Assembly: GCA_963735595.1 (NCBI GenBank)
Contig: CAVTLK010000001.1
Coordinates: 32,001 to 96,000 of the forward strand
Reading direction: 5' to 3'
DNA length: 64,000 nucleotides
DNA from: an uncultured delta proteobacterium
GTDB taxonomy: Bacteria > Desulfobacterota > Zymogenia > Zymogenales > Zymogenaceae
Position 1 is the stretch's first letter, and each line of letters begins with the position of its first letter. Below are positions 38,657-47,638 of this stretch, in pieces. A model generated the notes under the pieces. It searched no databases, was not told the DNA's origin, and saw nothing but the letters and a program-made list of their open reading frames with translations. Both the position numbers and the translations under genes were made by a program.

Positions 38657-38880
38657 ATGAGTGAAGATAAACTTGATATTATCATTGCGCAAGGCTAAAA
38701 ATGCTCACTAAAATTGTGGCACTTAGTATGATGAAAGATAGTCTGGGTAAGCTAGATAAGACTAAAGATAGAATAAAACTCGTGATGGATTTGGGATTTA
38801 CGGACAAAGAAGATATCGCTAATTTAGTAGGTTCAAATCCTGAGTCTGTAAGAAAAGCCATTGAAAGAATGAAAAGTTAA
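38657..38880 (+). CDS. Small HTH-like protein A (indel near 38692; not in ORF track)
   Basis: Manual translation: MSEDKLDIIIA/..KMLTKIVALSMM...DRIKLVMDLGFTDKEDIANLVGSNPESVRKAIERMKS. Confidence 0.65.
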
Positions 38881-38896
38881 CGTAGAGGTGTTCCGA

Positions 38897-39145
38897 ATGA
38901 CAAAAGAGAGTAATAAAGAACTATTAGGACAAATGCTAATACTTAATAGGTTGGTAGCGTTGTTAATATTTTCGATAGAGAAAAAGAATAGCCAAGTGGA
39001 GAGAATTGAATTGTTGAAAACGACAGGTTTCAGACCGGCAGAAATTGCACAGCTAATAGCGAAGCCAGTGAATTTCGTAACAGCAAATATCAGCAAGATA
39101 AAGAGTAAGGATAGTAAAGAAAAAGAAGTAGTAAAAAGTAAATAG
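38897..39145 (+). CDS. Small HTH-like protein B
   Basis: SD sequence GAGGTG; LNRLVALL...ERIELLKTTGFRPAEIAQLIA. Confidence 0.75.
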   Translation: MTKESNKELLGQMLILNRLVALLIFSIEKKNSQVERIELLKTTGFRPAEIAQLIAKPVNFVTANISKIKSKDSKEKEVVKSK

Positions 39146-39171
39146 TAGATTATTGAAGATAAACCTGGAAA

Positions 39172-39756
39172 ATGATAAATAGGAAGGTTAGAGAAGAATT
39201 GTTGAGGAAGTTCGGTTATAAAAAACCTCAACCTCTTTATAAGAAAATTAGCGATATAGTAGAAGCATTCCCATTAACGCCGGAACAGGCCGCGTATTTA
39301 TTGGCTCAATATAGGGGTATAGTGTTATCAAAATACTTAGGGAGTACCGAACTCGCTGAAATACAAACCCTCTTCGGTCGCTATGATTTGTCCCGGTACG
39401 CCCTCGGCCGTAAAAGGCCGACTAAGCAAGAAGTTGCGACTGCAGAGAAAACTAGAGTTCAATTGAGTATAACAAGAAGTCAGAAAAAGAGTAACGTTGG
39501 CGGGAAAAGGAAGAGAGCGGTAAAATACGGCTTTTCGTATAGGAATTTATTAGTTACGTCCGCATTGTTTCTTATAGTTCTTTTGTGCACCCTTTTCTTC
39601 ATAAAACGGTACGGAGAAGGTGAGAATTATCTTCAAAAAATAGCTAATACCTCAGATATTCTACTCTTCGAGTTCATAGCGTATTCATTTATTGCGTCAG
39701 CATCCGGACTTTTCGACAGGATAAGGGGTTATCTAAAGGACAAGTTGAGTATATAA
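39172..39756 (+). CDS. Protein with shared N-terminal helical domain and two C-terminal TM helices
   Basis: PLTPEQAAYLLAQYRGIVLSKYL; K/R-rich linker; hydrophobic LLVTSALFLIVLLCTLFFI and ILLFEFIAYSFIASASGLF segments. Confidence 0.75.
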   Translation: MINRKVREELLRKFGYKKPQPLYKKISDIVEAFPLTPEQAAYLLAQYRGIVLSKYLGSTELAEIQTLFGRYDLSRYALGRKRPTKQEVATAEKTRVQLSITRSQKKSNVGGKRKRAVKYGFSYRNLLVTSALFLIVLLCTLFFIKRYGEGENYLQKIANTSDILLFEFIAYSFIASASGLFDRIRGYLKDKLSI

Positions 39757-39767
39757 CTAGCTACTAA

Positions 39768-39878
39768 ACATTCTATATATTAAAACACGTAGGTTTCCAG
39801 AATGAAGAGATAGCCTCGTTGTTTGGGGCTAACGAAGAAACCGTAAGGTCAATACTAAGCCGGTACAAAAGAAGATAA
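39768..39878 (+). pseudogene. 5'-truncated remnant of small HTH-like gene C
   Basis: Startless frame FYILKHVGFQNEEIASLFGANEETVRSILSRYKRR* matches the paralog motif. Confidence 0.6.
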
Positions 39879-39890
39879 AGGAGTTGATCG

Positions 39891-40121
39891 ATGGACAATG
39901 ATAGCGGTAAGGAGCTTAGAAACGACAACTACAGCGAGCTTGTCGATGAGGTAAGAAAGATAAAAAGCCTTTTAGCATTTGTACTTGCTAGTCAAGGTAC
40001 TGAATTGACCGAAGATAAGAGAATGAGAATCTTAGAATATGGCGGCTTTAGCCAATCACAGATTGCAGAACTAATCGGAGTAAATCAGAGCACCGTGAGC
40101 AGACATCTAAAAAAAGGATAA
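39891..40121 (+). CDS. Small HTH protein D
   Basis: SD sequence AAGGAG; GFSQSQIAELIGVNQSTVSRHL is a classic HTH signature. Confidence 0.85.
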   Translation: MDNDSGKELRNDNYSELVDEVRKIKSLLAFVLASQGTELTEDKRMRILEYGGFSQSQIAELIGVNQSTVSRHLKKG

Positions 40122-40161
40122 ATGTTAGCAATAATGGGACAATTTAAATCGGTCTTTTGAA

Positions 40162-40971
40162 ATGAGATATACTGACCTAGTAGAAAAACTAATAAAAAAG
40201 TTAGGTAGTAGGGCAACGGTATATAGAAGAGCCGGTGAACTGGGAGAAGAGCTCTTTATACCGACGAAGGAGGCCATGTACTTGTTGGCCTTTAGCGAAA
40301 AAATCGGCCTGGAAGACTTATTGGATGGAGCCGAAAAGGATAGACTTAGGGTGATGTATTTCACTTATAAGGACAGAATTGGGGAACCTAGTACTTCGAA
40401 GGATACCGCTAAGACTCCAGAAACTCGGAAAAACAGACGCAAGTCAAAGGGGGAGGTTGTACTGAATATTGATGATTTGGGTAATATAGTGCCAAGGGTC
40501 CTATTACCAGAGCAGAAGTTTAAAGACGCCGTCGAAATGGCGAAGATGTACATTCTACTATATGTAGTAGAGAATTCTATAAGGGAAGTTATCGACCTAA
40601 GAATGCATAAGATATACGGCCCAAATTGGTGGGATTTGAAAGTACAAAAGAAGCGAAAAGACAAAGTTGACGAAAGGAAACAGGACGAGCATGCAAACCC
40701 GTGGTTTGGCCAAGAAAGAGGGGCTAGACAGATCGACTACCTTGACCTAAATGAACTTCCCGATATTATACATAATAATGAGAAGGATTTTATACCGGAC
40801 ATCTTCCCAACATATTCCTGGATAGATGAAAAGATTCATGACCTTTATAGATCAAGGTGCGTTGTCGCCCACATGAACCATCTTAAAAAGTATAATAGGG
40901 AAGACGTAAAGGGCATCCTAAGGAAGTTGGAAGCTCAAATAAAGGCAAAGAAGACTCTGATTATGCCCTAG
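40162..40971 (+). CDS. Protein with shared N-terminal domain and Swt1-like HEPN RNase domain
   Basis: YILLYVVENSIRE..., YGPNWW, YLDLNEL and RCVVAH (Rx4H). Confidence 0.8.
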   Translation: MRYTDLVEKLIKKLGSRATVYRRAGELGEELFIPTKEAMYLLAFSEKIGLEDLLDGAEKDRLRVMYFTYKDRIGEPSTSKDTAKTPETRKNRRKSKGEVVLNIDDLGNIVPRVLLPEQKFKDAVEMAKMYILLYVVENSIREVIDLRMHKIYGPNWWDLKVQKKRKDKVDERKQDEHANPWFGQERGARQIDYLDLNELPDIIHNNEKDFIPDIFPTYSWIDEKIHDLYRSRCVVAHMNHLKKYNREDVKGILRKLEAQIKAKKTLIMP

Positions 40972-40991
40972 CTGAAGAAAACCTTCTCCCC

Positions 40992-41575
40992 CTACCGCTT
41001 CCTCAGCACAAACAGGCACGATTCCTGCCCCATGGCCTTGCACGTCTCCTCCACCACCTGCATCACCCCCTTGCCGTAGGTCCAGTCCGTCATGAACTGG
41101 AGCCCCCCGCCGTATTGCGAGCAGTAGGGCTTGGCGCTTTTTGCGCCGGTGCAGGTGAGGCAGTCGAACACGTCAAAGCGGGGCAGGCCGTCCTCCCCGA
41201 TCACCACCCGGCCCTTGTTGAGCACGGCCTGCGAAAATTCGAAGCACTTGACGATCTTTTCGCCCGCGGGCAGGTCCTTGATGGAATCCAGCGCGTGGTA
41301 CGTCATCACGCCGAACTCGACGTTCTTGTAGCCCATCTGCCGGAGGATCCCCTGTGCGCCCACCGCCCCCACGAGCGCGATCGTTTCCCGGTAGATGGCC
41401 GCCTGTTCGGAGAGCGTGAACCCCTTGTCGAAGGTCGGCTCCGGCGGGGAATCGATGACGCGGAGAGGCCCGCGGCCTTGAAGATTATCTTTCGGGCGTT
41501 TTCGCCCATGACCTCCCCGAGGCTGTCGTATGCCGCGCGGATAGCCATATTGGAAACGGTCTTTTCCTCGCTCAT
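40992..41575 (-). CDS. V4R-domain protein (indel near 41465)
   Basis: DCLTC...PYC...EETCKAMGQESCLF cysteine pattern. Confidence 0.75.
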
Positions 41576-41806
41576 GGCACACCTCCATTGGATTGAGGGT
41601 ATCGAGAAACGCACTCAGGAAGAACAGGGGGGATCGACCCGCGATAGGTGCACTATCGCGTCCGGCTCGTTCGGGCGAAGTATATCCGATACTATAATTA
41701 TACTACCGTATTATAAAAATGCCATCTTTTTACGGCGCGGGCGTCGGGGCGGGCCGGTGTGAAAACCGGGAGATCGGGGTAACTGCGGCAGGAAGCGGGG
41801 GAGGGG

Positions 41807-42847
41807 CTACTCGAAAATCCGCAAGATCTCGTCGCGCTCCCGGTAGGGGAGCGGCTCGGTCGTCCCGTTTGTCCGAACGATGAGAACAGAGTCGTGCGAT
41901 TTGACCGATTTCCCCGATTTCACCAATCGCCGAGACCGGGATGCCCTTCTTCGCGAACGCGCCCTCCACGGCGGCCCGGTCGGCCGGGCGCGGCGGTAAA
42001 GAGCAGCGCGCCGGAGGCGATCGTGCCCAGCGGGTCTATCCCGAAGGCGTCGCATACGACCCGTCCCTCGGGGTAGACGGGGATCGCGTCCTCGCGCACC
42101 GTGATGGAGACGCCCGCCGCCATCGCCAATTCATTCAAGCCCGCCGCGAGGCCCCCCTCGGTGGGGTCGTGCATGGCCGTGATCTGGGCGGCGGAGGTCG
42201 CCGTCATCGCGTCCGTGACCACGCTGATGCCGGGGTCAAAGAGAAAGCGCCGCGCGCGCTCGATCGTCGCCTCGTCGATCCCGCGCTCGCGCAGGGCGTC
42301 GGCCTTTTCCTGGGCGATGATGGCCGTCCCCTCCACGGGTATCCCCTTGGTCAAAAAGAGGAGGTCGCCCGGCCGTGCCCCGCCGGTGGTGACGAGCCTG
42401 TCCTTTTCGACCTCGCCCAGCATCATGCCGGAGACGACGCGGCTGGTTCACGGCGTCGGTCACCTCGGTGTGGCCGCCCACGAGCGTCAGGCCGAAGGGG
42501 ACCATGGCCGCGCGCAGCTCGTCGAACACGCTACGGGCCGTCGCCTCGTCGCTCGCCGACAGCGGTAGCAGGATCGTGGCCAAGAACCAGAGGGGCCGCG
42601 CCCCGCGTACGGCGATGTCGTTTGCGTTGACGTTGATGGCGTAGTACCCGATGTTTTCGGCCGTAAACGTGATGGGGTCGGCCGTGACGATCAGGTAGCG
42701 GTCGCCCATGTCGATGACGGCGGCGTCTTCGCCGATGCAGGGGCCCACGATCACGCGGGGGTCCGCGGCCGGAAAATCGGAGAGTATCCGTCCCAGCAGG
42801 TCGTATTTCAGTTTTCCGGTGGGGAGCTTCGTGTCGTTCGTTTTCAT
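41807..42847 (-). CDS. AIR synthase-related (PurM/HypE-like) protein (indels)
   Basis: GEDAAV, DPITF, NANDIA, GGHTEVT, AMHDPTEGG and RDE motifs. Confidence 0.85.
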
Positions 42848-42899
42848 GTTACCCGTTTATGTCGATTATGGGGAGGCGATGTATCGTACCGGACGCGCA

Positions 42900-42969
42900 C
42901 ACGGACAACGGGGTTGTCCGTGGCACCCAGCCCGTGTTTGAACCCGCAGGGGTCGCATATATGCGACCC
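42900..42969. repeat. Two REP-like palindromes
   Basis: CACGGACAAC-ggg-GTTGTCCGTG followed by GCACCC, and the perfect 20-bp palindrome GGGTCGCATATATGCGACCC. Confidence 0.65.
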
Positions 42970-43013
42970 GCGGAACGACGAAGGAGAAAAAGGGACAGTG
43001 TGAGTCGTTCCCG

Positions 43014-43169
43014 GTGACAGTCAGGGGATTGCCACGACACTATCACCCCAAAAGGCAGGCCTTTTGGGGGCCCGATTAAGCGCACAGGCCTCGCAATGAC
43101 AATAATAACCGTCGCCGAAGGCGACAATGCTAATCATAGCCGAGTCGCCTCCGGTTCCTCGCAATGACG
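43014..43169 (-). repeat. Inverted copy of the 37.3 kb composite REP-like element
   Basis: The reverse complement reads TGTCGCCTTCGGCGACGGTTATTATTGTCATTGCGAGG...GGCAATCCCCTGACTGTCAC. Confidence 0.85.
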
Positions 43170-43832
43170 ATATCCTATAGATAATCCAACAAGCTCATCC
43201 GCACTAGTGAGGACAAGGGACGCGCCCGCAGCCGTCAACTGGTCTGCGCCGATCTTTCCGGTGGTCACCCCCACGGGGACCATGCCCGATTTGAGGGCGG
43301 ACTCGATGTCGATGGGGTGGTCGCCCACCATGGCGGCCCGGTCGGCCGCCACCGCCAGCAGGGAAAGCGTCCGGTCGAGATGGGCCGGGTCCGGCTTGAC
43401 GCGCTCGGTCCGCTCCCGCGGCACGAAGGCGTCCACCATCGCCTCCACGTCCGGGAATACGATCTTTACCGCCGCCTCGCAGTTTCGGGTGACCAGGCCC
43501 GTCTTCACCCCGCGGGAGCGCAGGGAGGTCAGGAGACCGCGGGTGCCGGCAAAGAGGGACGCGCTCTTGGCCGATGCCACCTCCTCGTCCACAACGAGCC
43601 TGTTCGCGGCGGCGTAGAACTCTGCGGACGCGCCGTCGGCGAGCTGGCGGGTCATCTGGTCGATCTGCTCGATCAGGTAGCTTTCGGTTATCCGGCTCCT
43701 GTCCACCCCGAAGCGGTCGGCCAGCTCAAAGATCCTGAGGTAGACGGCGGGAAAGTCTATGTTAAGCTCGGCTAGCGTCCCGTCGAAATCAAAGACGACG
43801 GCCGAGACGCCGTCAAGTGGCGGTCGTGTCAT
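43134..43832 (-). CDS. HAD-family phosphatase
   Basis: FDFDGTL, LVTRN, KPDP and MVGDH..D motifs. Confidence 0.9.
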   Translation of the reverse strand: MTRPPLDGVSAVVFDFDGTLAELNIDFPAVYLRIFELADRFGVDRSRITESYLIEQIDQMTRQLADGASAEFYAAANRLVVDEEVASAKSASLFAGTRGLLTSLRSRGVKTGLVTRNCEAAVKIVFPDVEAMVDAFVPRERTERVKPDPAHLDRTLSLLAVAADRAAMVGDHPIDIESALKSGMVPVGVTTGKIGADQLTAAGASLVLTSADELVGLSIGYRHCEEPEATRL

Positions 43833-44916
43833 GCGAAAATCTCCGGTAGAATGCGTCGAGGCGCTTGAGCGCCTCTTTCTTTTCGGTCATGCCGATACGC
43901 GCCGATTGCGCCGCGCGCCTCAGCGTATCTATGGAACGGTCGTAGTTTTCCCGGTCAACGGGGTAGGGGTGGCCGTCCTTTCCGCCGTGGGCAAACGAGA
44001 AGCGGGCGGGGTCGGAAAACGAGGCGGGCGCGCCGTAGATCACCTCGCCGATGAGGGCCAGCGCCCTGATCGTCTTGGGCCCCACGCCCGGAAGCGACAG
44101 CAGCTCCTCGAAATCGGCTGGCCTGCGCTCGTAGGTGGAAAGGAGTATCTTTTCGATCCTCCCGGGGTTGATGTCTTCCGTGGTCACCTCGTGGCGGCGC
44201 GGAAGAATAAGGCGCCTATTAACCTCCCTGATCTGTGCAAGGGTGCGCTCCGGGTGTTCACGGGAGAGCCCGGCCGCAATGTCCCGCGCCCGGTCCGCGT
44301 CGGCGTCGGTCAGGTTCATGATCTGCCCGAGCCGCCGGTCGTCGCAGACGGCGGCATGGGGGGAGACGGTCATGTCGGCTACCGTGTCGGAGAGCCAGTG
44401 GTAGCGGCGGGCCGTGGCGGTCGTATCGTTCATCCCCTGCTGCACGACCGCCCAGCGGCCGTCCGGGGTAAAGAAGAAATTATGGATATAGAGCTGGTAG
44501 CCGTCCTGGACCGCGTTGTTGTCGACCTTCGCGGTGAGCCGCGAGAGGTAGACGAGGCGTGCCGGGTCGACGGAAATATCGGCCCCCCGCGCGATGATCT
44601 CGTCGGGCGTCCTACGGGAGTGCGCGCCCTTTCCGCCGGCGGCAAAAAGCCCGAGCTCGGCCTCGATTCCCGAGATGCCCTGCTTGACGGCGGCGCAGAC
44701 CGTGGTGGTAACGCCGGAGGAATGCCAGTCGAACCCCAGGAGGCAGCCGAAGGACTGAAACCAGAAGGGGTCCGACAGCCGCCGGAGCGCCTCCGGGGCG
44801 CCGAAGTCCGAGACGATAATGATGACGATCTCCCGGGCGAGGCCGACCATCCGGCGCATGAGCCAGGCCGGGGCCTTCCCGCCGTGCAGCGGCAGCGTGG
44901 CGGTTGCGCGTCTCAT
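43813..44916 (-). CDS. DUF763 protein
   Basis: LPLHGGKAPAWL, GFDWHSSG, AVQDGY, WAVVQQGM and FAHGGKDGHP motifs. Confidence 0.9.
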   Translation of the reverse strand: MRRATATLPLHGGKAPAWLMRRMVGLAREIVIIIVSDFGAPEALRRLSDPFWFQSFGCLLGFDWHSSGVTTTVCAAVKQGISGIEAELGLFAAGGKGAHSRRTPDEIIARGADISVDPARLVYLSRLTAKVDNNAVQDGYQLYIHNFFFTPDGRWAVVQQGMNDTTATARRYHWLSDTVADMTVSPHAAVCDDRRLGQIMNLTDADADRARDIAAGLSREHPERTLAQIREVNRRLILPRRHEVTTEDINPGRIEKILLSTYERRPADFEELLSLPGVGPKTIRALALIGEVIYGAPASFSDPARFSFAHGGKDGHPYPVDRENYDRSIDTLRRAAQSARIGMTEKKEALKRLDAFYRRFSHDTTAT

Positions 44917-45059
44917 GCGCGCCTCCGGGTGCGCCCGTTTAGGTCAATGGCGTTGGTCATCGTCGGGTATCTCACGAATCTGCTTGAAAAGAGCCGGTAC
45001 AATCGTGTATGATGATTATAAGGGACTACCGGTACCGATGCAAGGGGAAAGGAAAAGCA

Positions 45060-46733
45060 ACGAAACTTTACGGTAACACCACGGGCCTCAAGGCCAGCGA
45101 GGAAAAGAGGCTGCTGAACCTCTATCGGCGGCGCATGCCGGCCGATCGAATCGTCACCCCGGAGTTCGCCCGGACCCTCACCGAGCTTTCCGCCGAGATA
45201 CGCCGTCAGATCTGCGCCCTGGTCGACCGCAAGGGGACGATCCAGTATATCATCATCGGGACCAACTCGATGGTGGTCATCCCGGATATTTCCCGCTTCC
45301 GCATGGGAGACGCACGTCTGCGGGGCCTTCGCTCGATCCACACCCATCTCAAGGGAGAGCCGCTCTCCCGCGACGACCTGGCCGACCTGGCGCTCCTGCG
45401 GCTTGACCTGATAGCCGCGCTGGGGGTCAAGGAAGGAGGACTTCCGGGGGACGTCTACGTGGCCCACCTGGTCGCGGAAAACGGGTCGGGGGATATCTGG
45501 CAGGAGCTCGAACCGGTGCCGGTCTACCGGCTCGAAACCGATTTCAGCGATCTCATATCGTCAATCGAGGACGAGTTTGTCAGGAAGTTCAAGGCGCGCC
45601 GGGTCAAGGTCGAAGACGGGGCGATACTCATAGGGGCCTATTACGGCAGAGGCGGCGATTCTGACGACAGCCTGGCGGAGCTCAAGGAACTGTGCGCCAC
45701 GTCGGGGCTAACGGTGCTGGATACGGTCGTCCAGAGGCGCGACAGGCCCGACCCGAAATGGGTCATCGGCAAGGGAAAGCTCTTCGATATGGTCGTGCGG
45801 GCCCAGCAGGTCAACGCGGGGATCCTGGTTTTCGACGGGGAGCTTGAGCCCGACCAGATCAGGACGATCACCGATTTTACGGAGATGCGGATCATCGACC
45901 GGACGCAGGTGATCCTTGACATCTTCGCGCGGCGGGCCGTCAGCAGGCAGGGAAAGATCCAGGTAGAGCTGGCCCAGCTTAAGTACCTGCTGCCGAGGCT
46001 GATCACGAAGAACACCGCTATGAGCAGGCTGACCGGCGGTATCGGCGGGAGGGGGCCGGGCGAGACGAAACTCGAAATCAACCGGCGGCGCGCCCGCGAC
46101 CGCATCCACCGCCTGGAGCGCGAGATCAAGCAGATCGGTAGAGAACGCGGCCAGCAGCGCTCTCAGCGGATGAAGCGCGGGCTTCCGATCATCTCCATTA
46201 TCGGCTACACGAACGCGGGTAAGTCCACGCTCTTGAATACGCTTACCAAGAGCAACGTCGACGCCCGGGATATGCTTTTTGCGACGCTGGACCCGTCGAG
46301 CAGGCGGCTGAGGTTTCCGCGCGACTTCGAGGTCATCATCACCGATACCGTCGGCTTTATCCGCAACCTCCCCAAAGACCTCGTGACCGCCTTTTCGGCG
46401 ACACTCGATGAGCTCAAGAACGCGGACCTCCTCGTGCACGTGGTTGACGCGTCCGACCCTCGTTATCCTTCCCGCATCGAGGCGGTAGAGAAGATACTCG
46501 GGGACCTGGAGCTCTCCGACATACCGGTGCTCATGGTATTCAACAAGGTCGACCTTGTCGGCGAGATCACGCTGGCGCAGATGCGCGAAAGACACGACGG
46601 GGTGTTCATTTCCGCCGTCGATTCCTCCACGCTGATGCCGCTCATCGACCGGCTCGAACGCCAGATGCTGGTGGTGCTGGAGCACGACCAGGCGGCGATG
46701 CCCGAAGAAGAGGGCGGCCAGACACTCCATTAG
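45060..46733 (+). CDS. hflX: GTPase HflX with N-terminal extension (start uncertain: 45009 ATG or 45060 ACG)
   Basis: QVELAQLKY, GPGETKLE, GYTNAGKST, LFATLD, DTVGFI and NKVD motifs. Confidence 0.95.
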   Translation, partial: TKLYGNTTGLKASEEKRLLNLYRRRMPADRIVTPEFARTLTELSAEIRRQICALVDRKGTIQYIIIGTNSMVVIPDISRFRMGDARLRGLRSIHTHLKGEPLSRDDLADLALLRLDLIAALGVKEGGLPGDVYVAHLVAENGSGDIWQELEPVPVYRLETDFSDLISSIEDEFVRKFKARRVKVEDGAILIGAYYGRGGDSDDSLAELKELCATSGLTVLDTVVQRRDRPDPKWVIGKGKLFDMVVRAQQVNAGILVFDGELEPDQIRTITDFTEMRIIDRTQVILDIFARRAVSRQGKIQVELAQLKYLLPRLITKNTAMSRLTGGIGGRGPGETKLEINRRRARDRIHRLEREIKQIGRERGQQRSQRMKRGLPIISIIGYTNAGKSTLLNTLTKSNVDARDMLFATLDPSSRRLRFPRDFEVIITDTVGFIRNLPKDLVTAFSATLDELKNADLLVHVVDASDPRYPSRIEAVEKILGDLELSDIPVLMVFNKVDLVGEITLAQMRERHDGVFISAVDSSTLMPLIDRLERQMLVVLEHDQAAMPEEEGGQTLH

Positions 46734-46825
46734 CGGCGCAATCCGCTGCCGCACTCAAAATAGATCCACCGACCACCCGTTCAAGGGACACTCGTCCTTA
46801 CCCGGCGATTCTATCGAGAATTTAC

Positions 46826-46889
46826 TTGACAGGGAATATTTAGCTGTATAAAATAATACTCGGTAGATAATAAAAATACTAAGCAGTAT
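46826..46889 (+). promoter_or_regulatory. sigma70 promoter plus candidate TetR operator
   Basis: TTGACA-17-TAAAAT; ATACT-aagc-AGTAT palindrome at 46876-46889 and a degenerate copy at about 46856. Confidence 0.65.
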
Positions 46890-46947
46890 AACACGCGGAT
46901 GGGGTAAAAGGCCGCCAATCCGGCAGTAGAAAAGGGACGAGACAATA

Positions 46948-47553
46948 ATGGCACGAAAATCAATCATCGAGGATATCAGGAAAGACCAGATCATAGAGAG
47001 CGCTATTGACGCGCTGGCGTCGGTGGGGTACACGAAGACGACACTGGACCAGATCGCGGATATGGCCGATTTCAGCCGGGGCGTGATTACGTACTACTTC
47101 AAGAGCAAGGACCAGCTCATCACCGAGGTCATGAAACGGATGTTGTCCACGCAAAAAGAACGCATCATGAGCCGGGTAGATTCAGCCGGGCCGCCAACGG
47201 AAAAGCTGGCCGAATATATCGCGGCAAGCATCGATCACATGAAGTCGGACCGAAAACACTACGAGGCGCAGGTCGAGCTCTGGTCCAACCTCGAGTACAA
47301 GAAAGAATTCAACCAGAAGATATATATCGAATGTATCAGGACCGTATCGACGATACTTGCCGAAGGAGTCAAGGGGGGAGTCTTTCGGGAGATGGACATC
47401 CAGAACTCCGCTGTGCTTATCCAGGGGGCAATCGACGGCATCATGATCCAGTGGGTATTCAACGAGGGATCCGTTAATCTCGATACGATCAGTAGTCTTC
47501 TCGTCGACACGATATTTGCGGCGATACGGCGGCAGGAAACCGTCACCCAATGA
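46948..47553 (+). CDS. TetR-family regulator
   Basis: GYTKTTLDQIADMADFSRGVITYYFKSKDQL helix-turn-helix. Confidence 0.93.
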   Translation: MARKSIIEDIRKDQIIESAIDALASVGYTKTTLDQIADMADFSRGVITYYFKSKDQLITEVMKRMLSTQKERIMSRVDSAGPPTEKLAEYIAASIDHMKSDRKHYEAQVELWSNLEYKKEFNQKIYIECIRTVSTILAEGVKGGVFREMDIQNSAVLIQGAIDGIMIQWVFNEGSVNLDTISSLLVDTIFAAIRRQETVTQ

Positions 47554-47638
47554 GCAGCGTCGCGCGGGCCTTCAACGGCTCCAAACGTCCATCTCGCGCA
47601 TACGGCCATGCTTGATATATAAGCCCACCGGAGGATAT

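Noticed and set aside
33190..43200. Integrated element at tRNA-Ser(GCU)
   Set aside because: No integrase and no duplicated tRNA 3' end found; the downstream genes include housekeeping purC.
43759..45012. 417-aa plus-strand ORF, and similar long antisense ORFs at 45708-46754, 47543-48505 and 50101-51030
   Set aside because: They lie opposite well-supported genes in GC-rich DNA and have no recognisable motifs.
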